A DNA stretch of 41,462 nucleotides from Candidatus Nealsonbacteria bacterium RIFCSPLOWO2_01_FULL_38_120 (lineage in GTDB: Bacteria; Patescibacteriota; Minisyncoccia; Minisyncoccales; GWA2-38-27), in assembly GCA_001821475.1 (NCBI GenBank), contig MHMF01000036.1, positions 1-41,462 on the forward strand, written 5' to 3'. Under the pieces are notes generated by a model, which was not told the DNA's origin, made no database searches, and worked only from the letters and a program-made list of their open reading frames with translations. This document shows positions 1 to 8,276 of the stretch, one piece after another. The position numbers were made by a program, and so were the translations under genes. Numbering within the stretch: position 1 is the first letter of the stretch; each line of letters begins with the position of its first letter.

Positions 1-114
1 TGTTCGGAATTTCTTCTTACTTATGGCGGCCATCCCCAAGCAGGAGGATTCAAGATTAAAAATAAAGACATAGAAAAATTCATGAGCTGCCTAAACAAAT
101 ATTTCATAAAATAG
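1..114 (+). CDS. 3' end of a DHH/DHHA1-family phosphoesterase (RecJ-like), partial at window edge
   Basis: Frame 1 is open from base 1 to TAG at 112-114. It reads ..TYGGHPQAGGFKIKNKDIEKF.., and the GGHxxAGG block resembles the DHHA1 GGH motif. Only 37 codons are visible. Confidence 0.4.
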   Translation, partial: CSEFLLTYGGHPQAGGFKIKNKDIEKFMSCLNKYFIK

Positions 115-140
115 ATTATTTTGCTGAAATAGAATAATTT

Positions 141-1196
141 ATGTCCTCCTGCGAACAAATAAAGCAAGATTATCAAGATCTCAAGACCCTCAAACAAGAG
201 TTTGATTTGGAATATCAAAAAGCGGTGGAAACAGGAGATCTCGCAAGAGCCAAGGAGCTGAGAGCAGAGTTGGAACAAAAAAGAGACGCCTTAGCAGACA
301 AGCTTTGGCCACTTGAGAGATTACCTCAGAAAGAGCTAAAAGAACAATACGCAAGCCAAAGAGAGATATTGGAAAGAACAGGCATATTAGAACAACTATC
401 AAGCGGAGAGATGGGAATAAAAGGAACAGACAATGAAGAATACGCCTTTCCTTCTTATCAAGAAATAACCCAAAGAATGAGAGAAAGCGAAGAAGCATTA
501 AGACCCAAAACAGAACAGGGTTTTATCCGTCTCCAAATCACTCCATTCGGAATGAAACTGGATGATCTGATAGAGAAATACAAGCAAGTTATCCTTAAAC
601 ACCACAAAGAAGGCAAACTCATGGCAACCAAGGAGAATCCTTCTGATCCAGACGAACAATTGGAGCTTGATGAAAATAATCCAGTCTGGTTATGGGGTAA
701 TTACAGGAATGCCGATGTAAACGGAGAGATGGTCTATTATCCAAAAGAATTCTCCAGCAATCATCAAGGAAAAACAAAGCAAGAAGTATTAAAAGAACAA
801 GGCGGCTGGAATATCCTTCTCGCAGAGAATCTTCCCAATATACCAAGAAAGAATAAGGGAGAAGAAATCAAAGGCAGAAAGCAGCTGGAAGCAGGGAAAA
901 CACCTTATCAATACCTTGAAACATTAAAAACAGATCCTAATTACCAAAACGAAACAGGAATGACCCCGGAAGACCAGATTACCTGCGCCATCATACATCT
1001 TGAACAGACAGATCAGGTCATAGATGATTATAGAGATAGTGGCAAAGGTTCTGGTTCCTACCAATTAGGAGCTTATTTTTCCGCAGACGGCTTTGTCCCG
1101 GGCTTTTACTGGGATCGCAGAGGCGTCGGCTGGCCTACTTGGGCCGGGACGTTCCCGAGAATTCCTTTTCTGATGTTGGCGCCCGTGGCGCGGTGA
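141..1196 (+). CDS. hypothetical protein (351 aa), coiled-coil N-terminus
   Basis: Long ORF with coding-like composition. I recognise no family. The last ~30 codons are unusually GC-rich and a second frame is also open there (see rejected list). Confidence 0.6.
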   Translation: MSSCEQIKQDYQDLKTLKQEFDLEYQKAVETGDLARAKELRAELEQKRDALADKLWPLERLPQKELKEQYASQREILERTGILEQLSSGEMGIKGTDNEEYAFPSYQEITQRMRESEEALRPKTEQGFIRLQITPFGMKLDDLIEKYKQVILKHHKEGKLMATKENPSDPDEQLELDENNPVWLWGNYRNADVNGEMVYYPKEFSSNHQGKTKQEVLKEQGGWNILLAENLPNIPRKNKGEEIKGRKQLEAGKTPYQYLETLKTDPNYQNETGMTPEDQITCAIIHLEQTDQVIDDYRDSGKGSGSYQLGAYFSADGFVPGFYWDRRGVGWPTWAGTFPRIPFLMLAPVAR

Positions 1197-1356
1197 AGGT
1201 TTAAAACTTAAAACTTAGGTCTTAACCTTTCCTTTTCGTCTTCTTTCGTCTTTTTTCTTTCGTCGCTCGTTTTTTCTTGGGATTTTGTTAAAATAAATAA
1301 AAAATCGGCGAAAAGAAACCTGCCTTGGGGCGGGCTATCGGGAATTGTCTTGCTAA

Positions 1357-1601
1357 AATTACGGCGAAATTAAAGATAAAAAATTGTATATTGGTTTACT
1401 AATGATTTAAGAAGAAGACTAAAAGAGCATAACGACGGAAAAAGTTTTTCTACTGCTCCACGCAAACCATTTAAGCTAATTTACTATGAGGCGTATCTGA
1501 ATAAAGAAGATTCTAAAGAAAAAGAGAGATTTTTTAAAACTGGCTGGGGCAGACAATGCATCGCAAATCAATTAAAGTATTATTTTGCATTAAAAATTTA
1601 G
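1357..1601 (+). pseudogene. decayed stand-alone GIY-YIG (URI-domain) nuclease gene
   Basis: The blocks KLYIG and TNDLRRRLKEHNDGKSFSTAPRKPFKLIYYEAYLNKEDSKEKERFFKTGWGRQ lie in different frames, ending at TAG 1599-1601. There is no intact start. Confidence 0.55.
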
Positions 1602-1742
1602 GCGGGGTTTTAAATCTTAAACCTTAAAACTTAAAGCTTAATTCTTTTCTTTCCGTCGTTTTTCGTTTTTTTCTTTTCGTTTCCTTTCGGAGCGGTCAAA
1701 AAAATTGACTTTTAATTTTTAGTTATGATAGAATTAAAACAT

Positions 1743-1941
1743 ATGAATACTATCACTATTCCAAAAAAAAGAACTAAAGACAATAATTAAAGAAAGCATC
1801 CGTGAAATTTTTGAGCAGGAATTAATAAAATTCCGGGCTTTAATTTTACCATTTGTATCCCAAAAGGAACAAAAAGATATTGAAAGGCGCTATAACAGGC
1901 CTTCGCGAAAGATAGCAAAATCAATAGAAATCAAACTATGA
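1743..1941 (+). pseudogene. antitoxin-like small gene broken by a 1-nt frameshift in an A8 run
   Basis: ATG 1743 gives MNTITIPKK. After the A8 run (1763-1770) the +1 frame continues ELKTIIKESIREIFEQELIKFRALILPFVSQKEQKDIERRY..IEIKL to TGA 1939-1941. It is ATGA-coupled to a 12-codon RelE/ParE-like stub (MSWRIDFSSSPL, 1938-1976). Confidence 0.45.
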
Positions 1942-1977
1942 GCTGGCGCATTGATTTTTCTTCTAGTCCTCTATAAC

Positions 1978-2184
1978 GAGAAAAAATTTCATAAGACCCA
2001 TGATTTGCCCCAACCCCTTAAGTCGTGCGCGAAAATAAACAAAGATTTTTTTGAATTCTTGAAAGGAGCGGATATTTTAGATTAATATTATTTGGTCTCC
2101 AGATATCCTTTGGAATATCCGCCCGCTTCAAAAAAGGAAGCGGAGGAGGCCTTTAAAATAGAGATAGATATTATTAGTTTGTAA
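1978..2184 (+). pseudogene. HEPN-domain gene fragment with in-frame TAA
   Basis: Reads EKKFHKTHDLPQPLKSCAKINKDFFEFLKGADILD-stop(2083-2085)-YYLVSRYPLEYPPASKKEAEEAFKIEIDIISL. THDL and YYxxSRYP are classic HEPN C-terminal blocks. The N-terminal half is missing. Confidence 0.5.
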
Positions 2185-2210
2185 AAATAAAAATTCAATA
2201 TTAATTTTAT

Positions 2211-2621
2211 ATGTCAAATCCATTTGAACAACCTCCGATGCCAAATCCAGAAGAAAAACCAGAGGAAGCTGATCGGAAGCTGGATGAAATTCATAAGGAA
2301 CCGGAGGCAGAGGAGATGCTTAAAGAAAAATCGGAAGAGGTTGAGCGGGGATTAAAAAATAATCCGGATAGCGAAGAGAAGGAACAAGGGGCGGAGGAAA
2401 TATTAAAAGATTTAGAGTGGGCGATAGAGAATAGGTCTGAAGCATTGCTAAAGGTTTTAGGTTTGGACGGCAAATCTTCAATAGAGGGAATAGTTACTCC
2501 TGAATTTTTTGAAGACGATGTTTTATGGGTTACCACTGAAACTGGCGAGGGAATGGCGATAGAAACTATGCGCATTAAAAAGGTTGAATTACCAAAGGAA
2601 CCAACAGAAGAGAAAGAGTAA
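2211..2621 (+). CDS. acidic hypothetical protein (136 aa)
   Basis: Open frame with an E/K-rich N-terminal half and a more ordinary C-terminal half. No family recognised. Confidence 0.5.
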   Translation: MSNPFEQPPMPNPEEKPEEADRKLDEIHKEPEAEEMLKEKSEEVERGLKNNPDSEEKEQGAEEILKDLEWAIENRSEALLKVLGLDGKSSIEGIVTPEFFEDDVLWVTTETGEGMAIETMRIKKVELPKEPTEEKE

Positions 2622-2749
2622 AAATAAATAGCTGGACAAATTTACGAGCCGTCTAAAAAAATATTTCAATAGAACATAAGCTACGAATACGAATTACTTA
2701 CGAATATGTTTTCGTATATTCGTATATTTTCGTATTTCATAGCCAAATT

Positions 2750-3193
2750 ATGAAGAAGATAATTATTTATACTGACGGCGGGTCGCGGGGGAATCCGGGA
2801 CATTCGGCGATAGGCGTGGTTTTTTGCAATGAGAAGGAACAGCAGGTGAAAAGCTATGGGGAATATCTGGGAGATAATTTTACAAATAACGAAGCGGAAT
2901 ATAACGCTGTTATTTTCGCTCTAAAAAAATTCAAGGCGGTGTTCGGAAAAAATTTGGCGGAAAATTCGGAGATCGAAGTAAGGTCTGATTCGGAGTTGAT
3001 GGTGAAGCAGTTGAACGGAGAGTATAAAATTTTAGACGAAAAAATACAGCCCTTGTTCATTGCGGTTTGGAATTTGAAGCTAGATTTTCTTAAGGTGAAA
3101 TTCAAATCAATTCCGCGCGAAAAAAACAAAGAAGCTGACCGACTGGCGAACGATGCCTTGAATTTCCAAAAAAGAGAGCAGAGATTGGTTTAA
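2750..3193 (+). CDS. rnhA: ribonuclease HI
   Basis: Contains DGGSRGNPG, NNEAEYNAV, SDSELMVKQLNGEYK and EKNKEADRLAN, which correspond to the RNase H type-1 DEDD catalytic blocks. Confidence 0.85.
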   Translation: MKKIIIYTDGGSRGNPGHSAIGVVFCNEKEQQVKSYGEYLGDNFTNNEAEYNAVIFALKKFKAVFGKNLAENSEIEVRSDSELMVKQLNGEYKILDEKIQPLFIAVWNLKLDFLKVKFKSIPREKNKEADRLANDALNFQKREQRLV

Positions 3194-3224
3194 TTTTAAT
3201 TGGAAACATTCCGAAGTATTAAAA

Positions 3225-3272
3225 ATTATCATCGATTAAAAACCACGATCGTGGTTTTTAATCGATGATAAT
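3225..3272. repeat. perfect 48-bp palindrome centred on GATC (family shared with 20896-20945)
   Basis: ATTATCATCGATTAAAAACCACGA / TCGTGGTTTTTAATCGATGATAAT. The two 24-nt arms are exact reverse complements. Confidence 0.9.
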
Positions 3273-3333
3273 TAATTAAGCGCGCATTAAATTAAAATTC
3301 CGCTCCGATGGACATCGGAGCGGAATTTTAATT

Positions 3334-3809
3334 GTTGCGGCAAGATTGTAAGCCGAATTTTGTCTTGCCACGCCGTAGCCCTAAAAGAGGAGGCGGGTCT
3401 TATGTCCGCCTTCGCCAAAGGCTTCGGCGCGACGAAGCGATCATCTATCTTGGCGAACTACTTTTACTCTTTAAGATGATAAAACATCTCAATAGAGTTT
3501 GTTCTTGCGCTCTGCAAGGATTTAGCCGTTTCATTTCCGCGTTGCCGCGGAAGTCGTCCCGCCCTCTATGCCTGTTGAATTTTGTTTGACTATTTTCCAC
3601 AAGCTTAGAGGGCGGGGCGTCTCAATTCTTTCGGATTTTGACGTTTCTGTTCGCACCTCGCCGAGCGCTTAACTCAACGAGTTGGAGCGCTTGGGGTAGC
3701 TTTATCAGCTACTGCATTTTACCGAGTTTTAAGCTCGGCAGAGTGTTCGGACTTTCCTCTCTATATCCTGTAAAACAAGACACAGAGCGATCGCTCATCT
3801 TGCTGCAAC
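3334..3809 (-). ncRNA. rnpB: RNase P RNA (bacterial type)
   Basis: The minus strand contains GAGAGGAAAGTCCGAAC (CR-I) and GACAAAATTCGGCTTACA (CR-V). The terminal P1 pairing is GTTGCAGCAAGAT / ATCTTGCCGCAAC. The region is GC-richer than its surroundings, and both track ORFs here look non-coding. Confidence 0.85.
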
Positions 3810-3914
3810 ATTTATATGTTAACTATTTCATGTATTATTGTCAAATAATATAAAAAGTTGTAGAATTGTAGATTGTAGATATAAATAGTAAGATAAAATA
3901 ATTAGAAGAGAAAA

Positions 3915-5618
3915 ATGCTGAATCGCATATTAAATTCAAAAACAAAGACAGTCGCTTTTGCGGCTTTTTTGCTTGCCGCTTCAGGGCTGATAAGCCGTCT
4001 TTTCGGCTTATTGCGCGATCGGCTTTTGGCGAGTAGATTTGGCGCGAGCCAAGAGCTTGATATTTATTTTTCCGCTTTTAGGATTCCTGATTTTGTTTAT
4101 GGTATTTTAATAGTGGGCGGTATTTCAGCCGCTTTTCTGCCGGTATTTTCCGAATATTTCGGCGGGGGGGAGCAGAGCGGAAAGAATGAGGAATGGCCTG
4201 CCATGGCGACAAAGTTAGCTAATAATGTCTTAAATTCTTTTTTTGTTATTTTAATTCTTGTTTGCGGAATTTTAACGATTTTCGCTCCGCTTATAATAAA
4301 ATTCATTATTCCTGGTTTTTCTCTTGAGAACAGGGATATGACTATTCAGCTTACAAGAATAATGTTTTTGAGTCCGATTTTTTTCGGCTTGGCAAGCATA
4401 TTATCTGGAATCTTGCAGTATTTTGACAAGTTTTTGGCTTATTCTTTAGCTCCTATTTTATATAATTTAGGAATAATTTTTGGCATTATATTTTTGGTTC
4501 CGATTTTCGGGATCTACGGATTAGCTCTGGGCGTTATCTTCGGCGCTTTGCTGTATTTGATTATCCAAATTCCGGCCGCATGGCATTCCGGATTCAGGTA
4601 TGAAGCGATATTTGATTTTAAGGATTCCGGGTTGAAGAAAATATTAAAGCTTATGGCGCCAAGGGTTTTAGGCACCGGCGCTTATCAAGTAAATCTTACT
4701 GTGATTACAGCGATTGCCTCCACATTAAGCGTGGGAAGCATTGCTATTTTTAATTTTTCAAACAATCTTCAATATGTGCCGGTCGGGCTGATAGGGATTC
4801 CTTTCGCGATTTCTTCTTTTTCAGTTCTTTCCCGGGCTTGGGTAGCCGGCCGAAAAGATAAATTTTTGAAAAGCTTTTCTTCTTCTTTTTGCCAGATAAT
4901 TTTTTTCATAGTTCCGATTTCTTTGCTTATGTATTTGTTGCGGGCGCAGATAGTCCGAATGGTTTTGGGCGCCGGAAATTTCGGCTGGTGGGAAACGCGA
5001 CTTACAGCCGCATGTCTGGGCGTTTTTTGCATCGGAATTTTAGCAAGTTCCTTAATTCCTCTTTTGACAAGGATGTTTTTTTCATTTCAAAATACAAAAA
5101 CGCCTGTAATCATCAGTCTGATTTCAATGGGAAGCAATATATTCTTTGCCTATTTATTCACTTATCTTTTGGGGTTTCAAAATATCTTCCGAAATTTTTC
5201 AGCCGGGCTGATGAAACTTCAAACCTCTGCCAACGGAAGCGCGATAATTGAAAATATTGAAGTAATCGGCTTGCCTTTGGCGCTTTCTGCGTCAGCCATA
5301 ATTCAATTGGTTTTGCTTTTTATTTTCCTGCGGTTGAAAATGGGGAGTTTCGGATGTAAAGAAATGTGGCAGTCGGCGAGAAAGATATTGATTGCCAGCG
5401 GGATAATGTTTATTTTTTCTTATTTCGCGAGGCAGGGCTTGGCTGGTTTTGTTGATATGCAGACATTTTTGGGAGTTTTTATCCAAACCGCCCTTGTCTG
5501 CTTTGTGGCGCTTATTTCTTATTTTCTTTGCGCTTCTATATTTAAAATTTCGGAATTTAAGAACTTAAAATCAGCAGTTTTAAAAGAATTTAGCGCGACT
5601 CCTTATGGACCGGAATAA
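3915..5618 (+). CDS. murJ: lipid II flippase MurJ
   Basis: The N-terminus SRLFGLLRDRLLASRFGASQELDIYFSAFRIPDF is the MurJ/MviN signature. The protein is polytopic and 567 aa. Confidence 0.9.
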   Translation: MLNRILNSKTKTVAFAAFLLAASGLISRLFGLLRDRLLASRFGASQELDIYFSAFRIPDFVYGILIVGGISAAFLPVFSEYFGGGEQSGKNEEWPAMATKLANNVLNSFFVILILVCGILTIFAPLIIKFIIPGFSLENRDMTIQLTRIMFLSPIFFGLASILSGILQYFDKFLAYSLAPILYNLGIIFGIIFLVPIFGIYGLALGVIFGALLYLIIQIPAAWHSGFRYEAIFDFKDSGLKKILKLMAPRVLGTGAYQVNLTVITAIASTLSVGSIAIFNFSNNLQYVPVGLIGIPFAISSFSVLSRAWVAGRKDKFLKSFSSSFCQIIFFIVPISLLMYLLRAQIVRMVLGAGNFGWWETRLTAACLGVFCIGILASSLIPLLTRMFFSFQNTKTPVIISLISMGSNIFFAYLFTYLLGFQNIFRNFSAGLMKLQTSANGSAIIENIEVIGLPLALSASAIIQLVLLFIFLRLKMGSFGCKEMWQSARKILIASGIMFIFSYFARQGLAGFVDMQTFLGVFIQTALVCFVALISYFLCASIFKISEFKNLKSAVLKEFSATPYGPE

Positions 5619-5691
5619 GAAGCCAATTAGTTTTTTATCAGATACTCACAAGAAATACGATCGTATAAATAATGAGTAAGTTTTGGGAATT

Positions 5692-7491
5692 ATGGAGATA
5701 AGAAATTTTTCAATTATTGCGCATATTGATCACGGGAAATCAACTTTAGCTGATAGGTTTTTGGAAATGACTGGGGCTGTTTCGCCACAGAAAATGAAGC
5801 CCCAGTTTTTGGATAGGATGGAATTGGAAAAAGAGAAGGGGATTACCATAAAATTAAAACCAGTAAGAATGGAGTATAGGGCGGATGATTCAAAAGAATA
5901 TATTTTAAATTTGGTTGACACTCCTGGCCATGTGGATTTTTCCTATGAGGTTTCCCGATCTTTGGCAGCTGTTGAAGGAACGATTCTTTTAGTTGACGCT
6001 ACGAAAGGAATCCAAGCCCAAACATTGGCCAATTTGTCTTTGGCAAACCAGCAGGGCTTAGTTGTAATTCCGGTGGTTAATAAAATTGATTCGCCCCAAG
6101 CGGAAACAGAAAAAACAACGGAGGAACTGGCTATGCTTATAGGCTGCGATAAAGAAGATATTATAAAAATTTCCGCTAAGCAGGGGACAGGAGTTAAAGA
6201 ATTATTGGAAATAGCGATAAAAAAAGTTCCTTGCCCAAAAACCGATTTTGAAAAACAGTTCCGGGCTTTGATTTTTGATTCAGAATACGATGCTTTTAAG
6301 GGCGTCATTGCGTATATAAGAGTGATTGATGGAGAAATAAATGAGGGAGAGGAAATTGAGTTGATGGCGTCGGGGGCAAAAACCCAAATAAAAGAGCTGG
6401 GCTATTTTACGCCTGATTTTTCTTCCCAAAAAAAACTTTCAGCCGGAGAAACAGGATATATTGCCACTGGCATTAAGGAGCCCGGGAAAGTTCGTGTTGG
6501 AGACACAATAATTTTGAGTTCTAAATTTCAGGCTCTAAATTCTAAAATTGAGCCGTTGGCAGGGTATAAGGAACCGGTGCCAGTAGTCTTTGCAAGCTTG
6601 TATCCAGAAGACCCTGACGATTTTGATTTGTTCAAGGATTCGCTGGCGAAATTGCGGTTAAGCGACCCTTCTTTTATTTTTGAGCCGGAGACAAAAGAAG
6701 CGCTGGGGAGGGGATTTCGATGCGGATTTTTAGGCGCTCTTCACGCAGAAATAGTTTCCGAACGGATTCATCGGGAGTTTGGCATTGATTTGGTTATTTC
6801 CTCTCCGTCGGTTGTTTTTAAAATTATAACTCAAAAAGACAAAGAGATAACGATATATTCCGCCACTGAATGGCCGGATGTTTCCCAAATTAAAGAGGCG
6901 AAGGAGCCATGGGTAAATTTAGAGGTGATGTCTCTTATAAGATATATGGGCGGGCTTTTAGACCTTTTCAAAAATATCGGAGCCAAATATATTGAAACAA
7001 GATATTTCGGACAAGAAAAAATAATTTTGGTCTACGAGCTTCCTTTGCGCCAAGTAATTACAAATCTTTACGAAAAAATAAAAAATATAAGCCAAGGGTA
7101 TGGCTCAATGAATTATAAAATTCTGGAATTCAGAAAAGATAATTTAGTCAAGCTGGAAATTTTAGTCGCCGGAGAAAAAAAAGAAGCGTTTTCTAAAATT
7201 ATTCCCGAGAGCGAGGCGTTCAGGGAGGGAAAGTTTTTAGTGGAAAAGCTTAAATCCGTATTGCCTCCGGAGCAATTTTCCGTTGCTTTGCAGGCGGCGG
7301 TGGGAAGCAAGATTATTGCTAGAGAAACAATAAGCGCGAGAAGAAAAGATGTTACTGGCTATCTTTATGGCGGCGATTATTCAAGAAAACGCAAACTTTT
7401 AGAAAAACAAAAAAAGGGAAAAAAATTATTAAGAGACGCAGGCAAGGTAAGAATTCCAGCTAATGTTTTTCTGGAAATATTTCGCTCCTAA
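5692..7491 (+). CDS. lepA: elongation factor 4
   Basis: IIAHIDHGKSTL and DTPGHVDF GTPase motifs, plus the LepA C-terminal domain (..GGDYSRKRKLLEKQKKGKK..). ATG 5692 is preferred over the track's TTG 5683. Confidence 0.95.
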   Translation: MEIRNFSIIAHIDHGKSTLADRFLEMTGAVSPQKMKPQFLDRMELEKEKGITIKLKPVRMEYRADDSKEYILNLVDTPGHVDFSYEVSRSLAAVEGTILLVDATKGIQAQTLANLSLANQQGLVVIPVVNKIDSPQAETEKTTEELAMLIGCDKEDIIKISAKQGTGVKELLEIAIKKVPCPKTDFEKQFRALIFDSEYDAFKGVIAYIRVIDGEINEGEEIELMASGAKTQIKELGYFTPDFSSQKKLSAGETGYIATGIKEPGKVRVGDTIILSSKFQALNSKIEPLAGYKEPVPVVFASLYPEDPDDFDLFKDSLAKLRLSDPSFIFEPETKEALGRGFRCGFLGALHAEIVSERIHREFGIDLVISSPSVVFKIITQKDKEITIYSATEWPDVSQIKEAKEPWVNLEVMSLIRYMGGLLDLFKNIGAKYIETRYFGQEKIILVYELPLRQVITNLYEKIKNISQGYGSMNYKILEFRKDNLVKLEILVAGEKKEAFSKIIPESEAFREGKFLVEKLKSVLPPEQFSVALQAAVGSKIIARETISARRKDVTGYLYGGDYSRKRKLLEKQKKGKKLLRDAGKVRIPANVFLEIFRS

Positions 7492-7641
7492 AATAATATA
7501 GCGGGAACACTTCTCGCCATATTATGAACGGCTACCTCATTAGGGGCGCGAAAAGGAGAAGCACGGTGCTGAGAGTTATCAGGATAACTATAATAAGCCA
7601 GATTATTTTAATTATTTTATTTTGTTTCATATTTTAATGCA

Positions 7642-7787
7642 AAAGTTATCTTTGCGGGAGGTCTAGGCGAGACGAAGCAAAAATTTTGAGGCATACTGAA
7701 GAATGAAAGTCTACCGAAAAATTTTTGCAAAGTCGTAGCCAAAACTAAAACATAAAAAGTTAAAGTAATTTCGTAATTCAAGGCATT
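7642..7787. repeat. modular palindromic intergenic element sharing modules with the atp-region repeats
   Basis: GTTATCTTTGCGGGAGGT..GACGAAGCAAAAATT is the reverse complement of 13300-13327-type sequence. TTTTGCAAAGTCGTAGCCAAAACTAAAA..AATTCAAGG parallels 14856-14916. Confidence 0.75.
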
Positions 7788-7793
7788 ATAATT

Positions 7794-8183
7794 ATGGTAT
7801 CAAAATTTAAAAAAAATAAAAAGGTGGGGCGTTTTCTGAACTTATTTTTTTCTTGTTTAATGGGGGCGCTGTTTTTATCCGCTATTGCGTTTTTAATATA
7901 TACTGATATAAAAATAAATAAGAAAAGAGGAGAATTTGTTTCTAAAATAGAGTCCTTGAAAACAGAAATAAGCGGTCTGGAAGAAAAGAACTCAGTTTTA
8001 CGCCAAAAAACATCTGAAGCAGGCGCCAAAGAGTATCTTGAGGAAGTGGCGAGGGAACAGCTTGGCTTGAAAAAACCGGGTGAAGAAGTGGTAGTTATTA
8101 AAGAGGAAACTGCGGAAGAAAATAAAATTACAGAAGAAAAAAAGGGTTGGTGGGAGTGGTTAAAAGACATTTTAGGAAGATGA
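7794..8183 (+). CDS. septum formation initiator (FtsB/DivIC family)
   Basis: Single N-terminal TM helix, a coiled coil, then EEVAREQLGLKKPGEEVVVI, which is typical of the FtsB/DivIC C-terminus. Confidence 0.6.
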   Translation: MVSKFKKNKKVGRFLNLFFSCLMGALFLSAIAFLIYTDIKINKKRGEFVSKIESLKTEISGLEEKNSVLRQKTSEAGAKEYLEEVAREQLGLKKPGEEVVVIKEETAEENKITEEKKGWWEWLKDILGR

Positions 8184-8191
8184 TTTCGTTC

Positions 8192-8262
8192 GCGAGGTTA
8201 GTATAGTGGCATTATGCAACCTTCCCAAGGTTGAGATACGGGTTCGATTCCCGCACCTCGCT
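8192..8262 (+). tRNA. tRNA-Gly (CCC)
   Basis: Acceptor GCGAGGT/ACCTCGC, anticodon arm CAACC-TTCCCAA-GGTTG, T-loop GGTTCGATTCC. No encoded CCA. The D stem is weak. Confidence 0.85.
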
Positions 8263-8276
8263 TAGAATTTAATATT

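Noticed and set aside
1101-1204. The GC-rich tail of the 351-aa ORF is open in a second frame. That frame reads ..RRRLAYLGRDVPENSFSDVGARGAVKV-stop at 1202-1204, suggesting a frameshifted true C-terminus.
   Set aside because: I cannot tell by eye which frame is real, and I have no homologue to compare. Alignment to orthologues or read inspection would settle it.
2680-2745. The ACGAAT-rich palindrome (ACGAATACGAATTACTTACGAATAT..TTCGTATATTCGTATATTTTCGTATTTC) upstream of rnhA as a separate regulatory element.
   Set aside because: It appears to be another member of the same AT-rich palindromic repeat families. I could not tie it to a specific function beyond a probable hairpin.
3332-3853. Track ORFs 3332-3589 and 3638-3853 as protein genes.
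   Set aside because: The region carries RNase P RNA signatures on the opposite strand, and the translations (R/C/L-rich) look non-coding.
3857-3885. Tandem TTGTAGA(A/T) units upstream of murJ, and other short tandem repeats, as a possible CRISPR array.
   Set aside because: The units are 7-9 bp with no spacers. No array of 25-40 bp repeats with unique spacers exists anywhere in the window, and there are no cas genes.
7532-7630. A minus-strand 32-codon hydrophobic mini-ORF (MKQNKIIKIIWLIIVILITLSTVLLLFAPLMR) in the lepA-ftsB spacer.
   Set aside because: It is too short, I/L/K-rich ORFs arise by chance in AT-rich sequence, there is no clear RBS, and it overlaps repeat-derived sequence.
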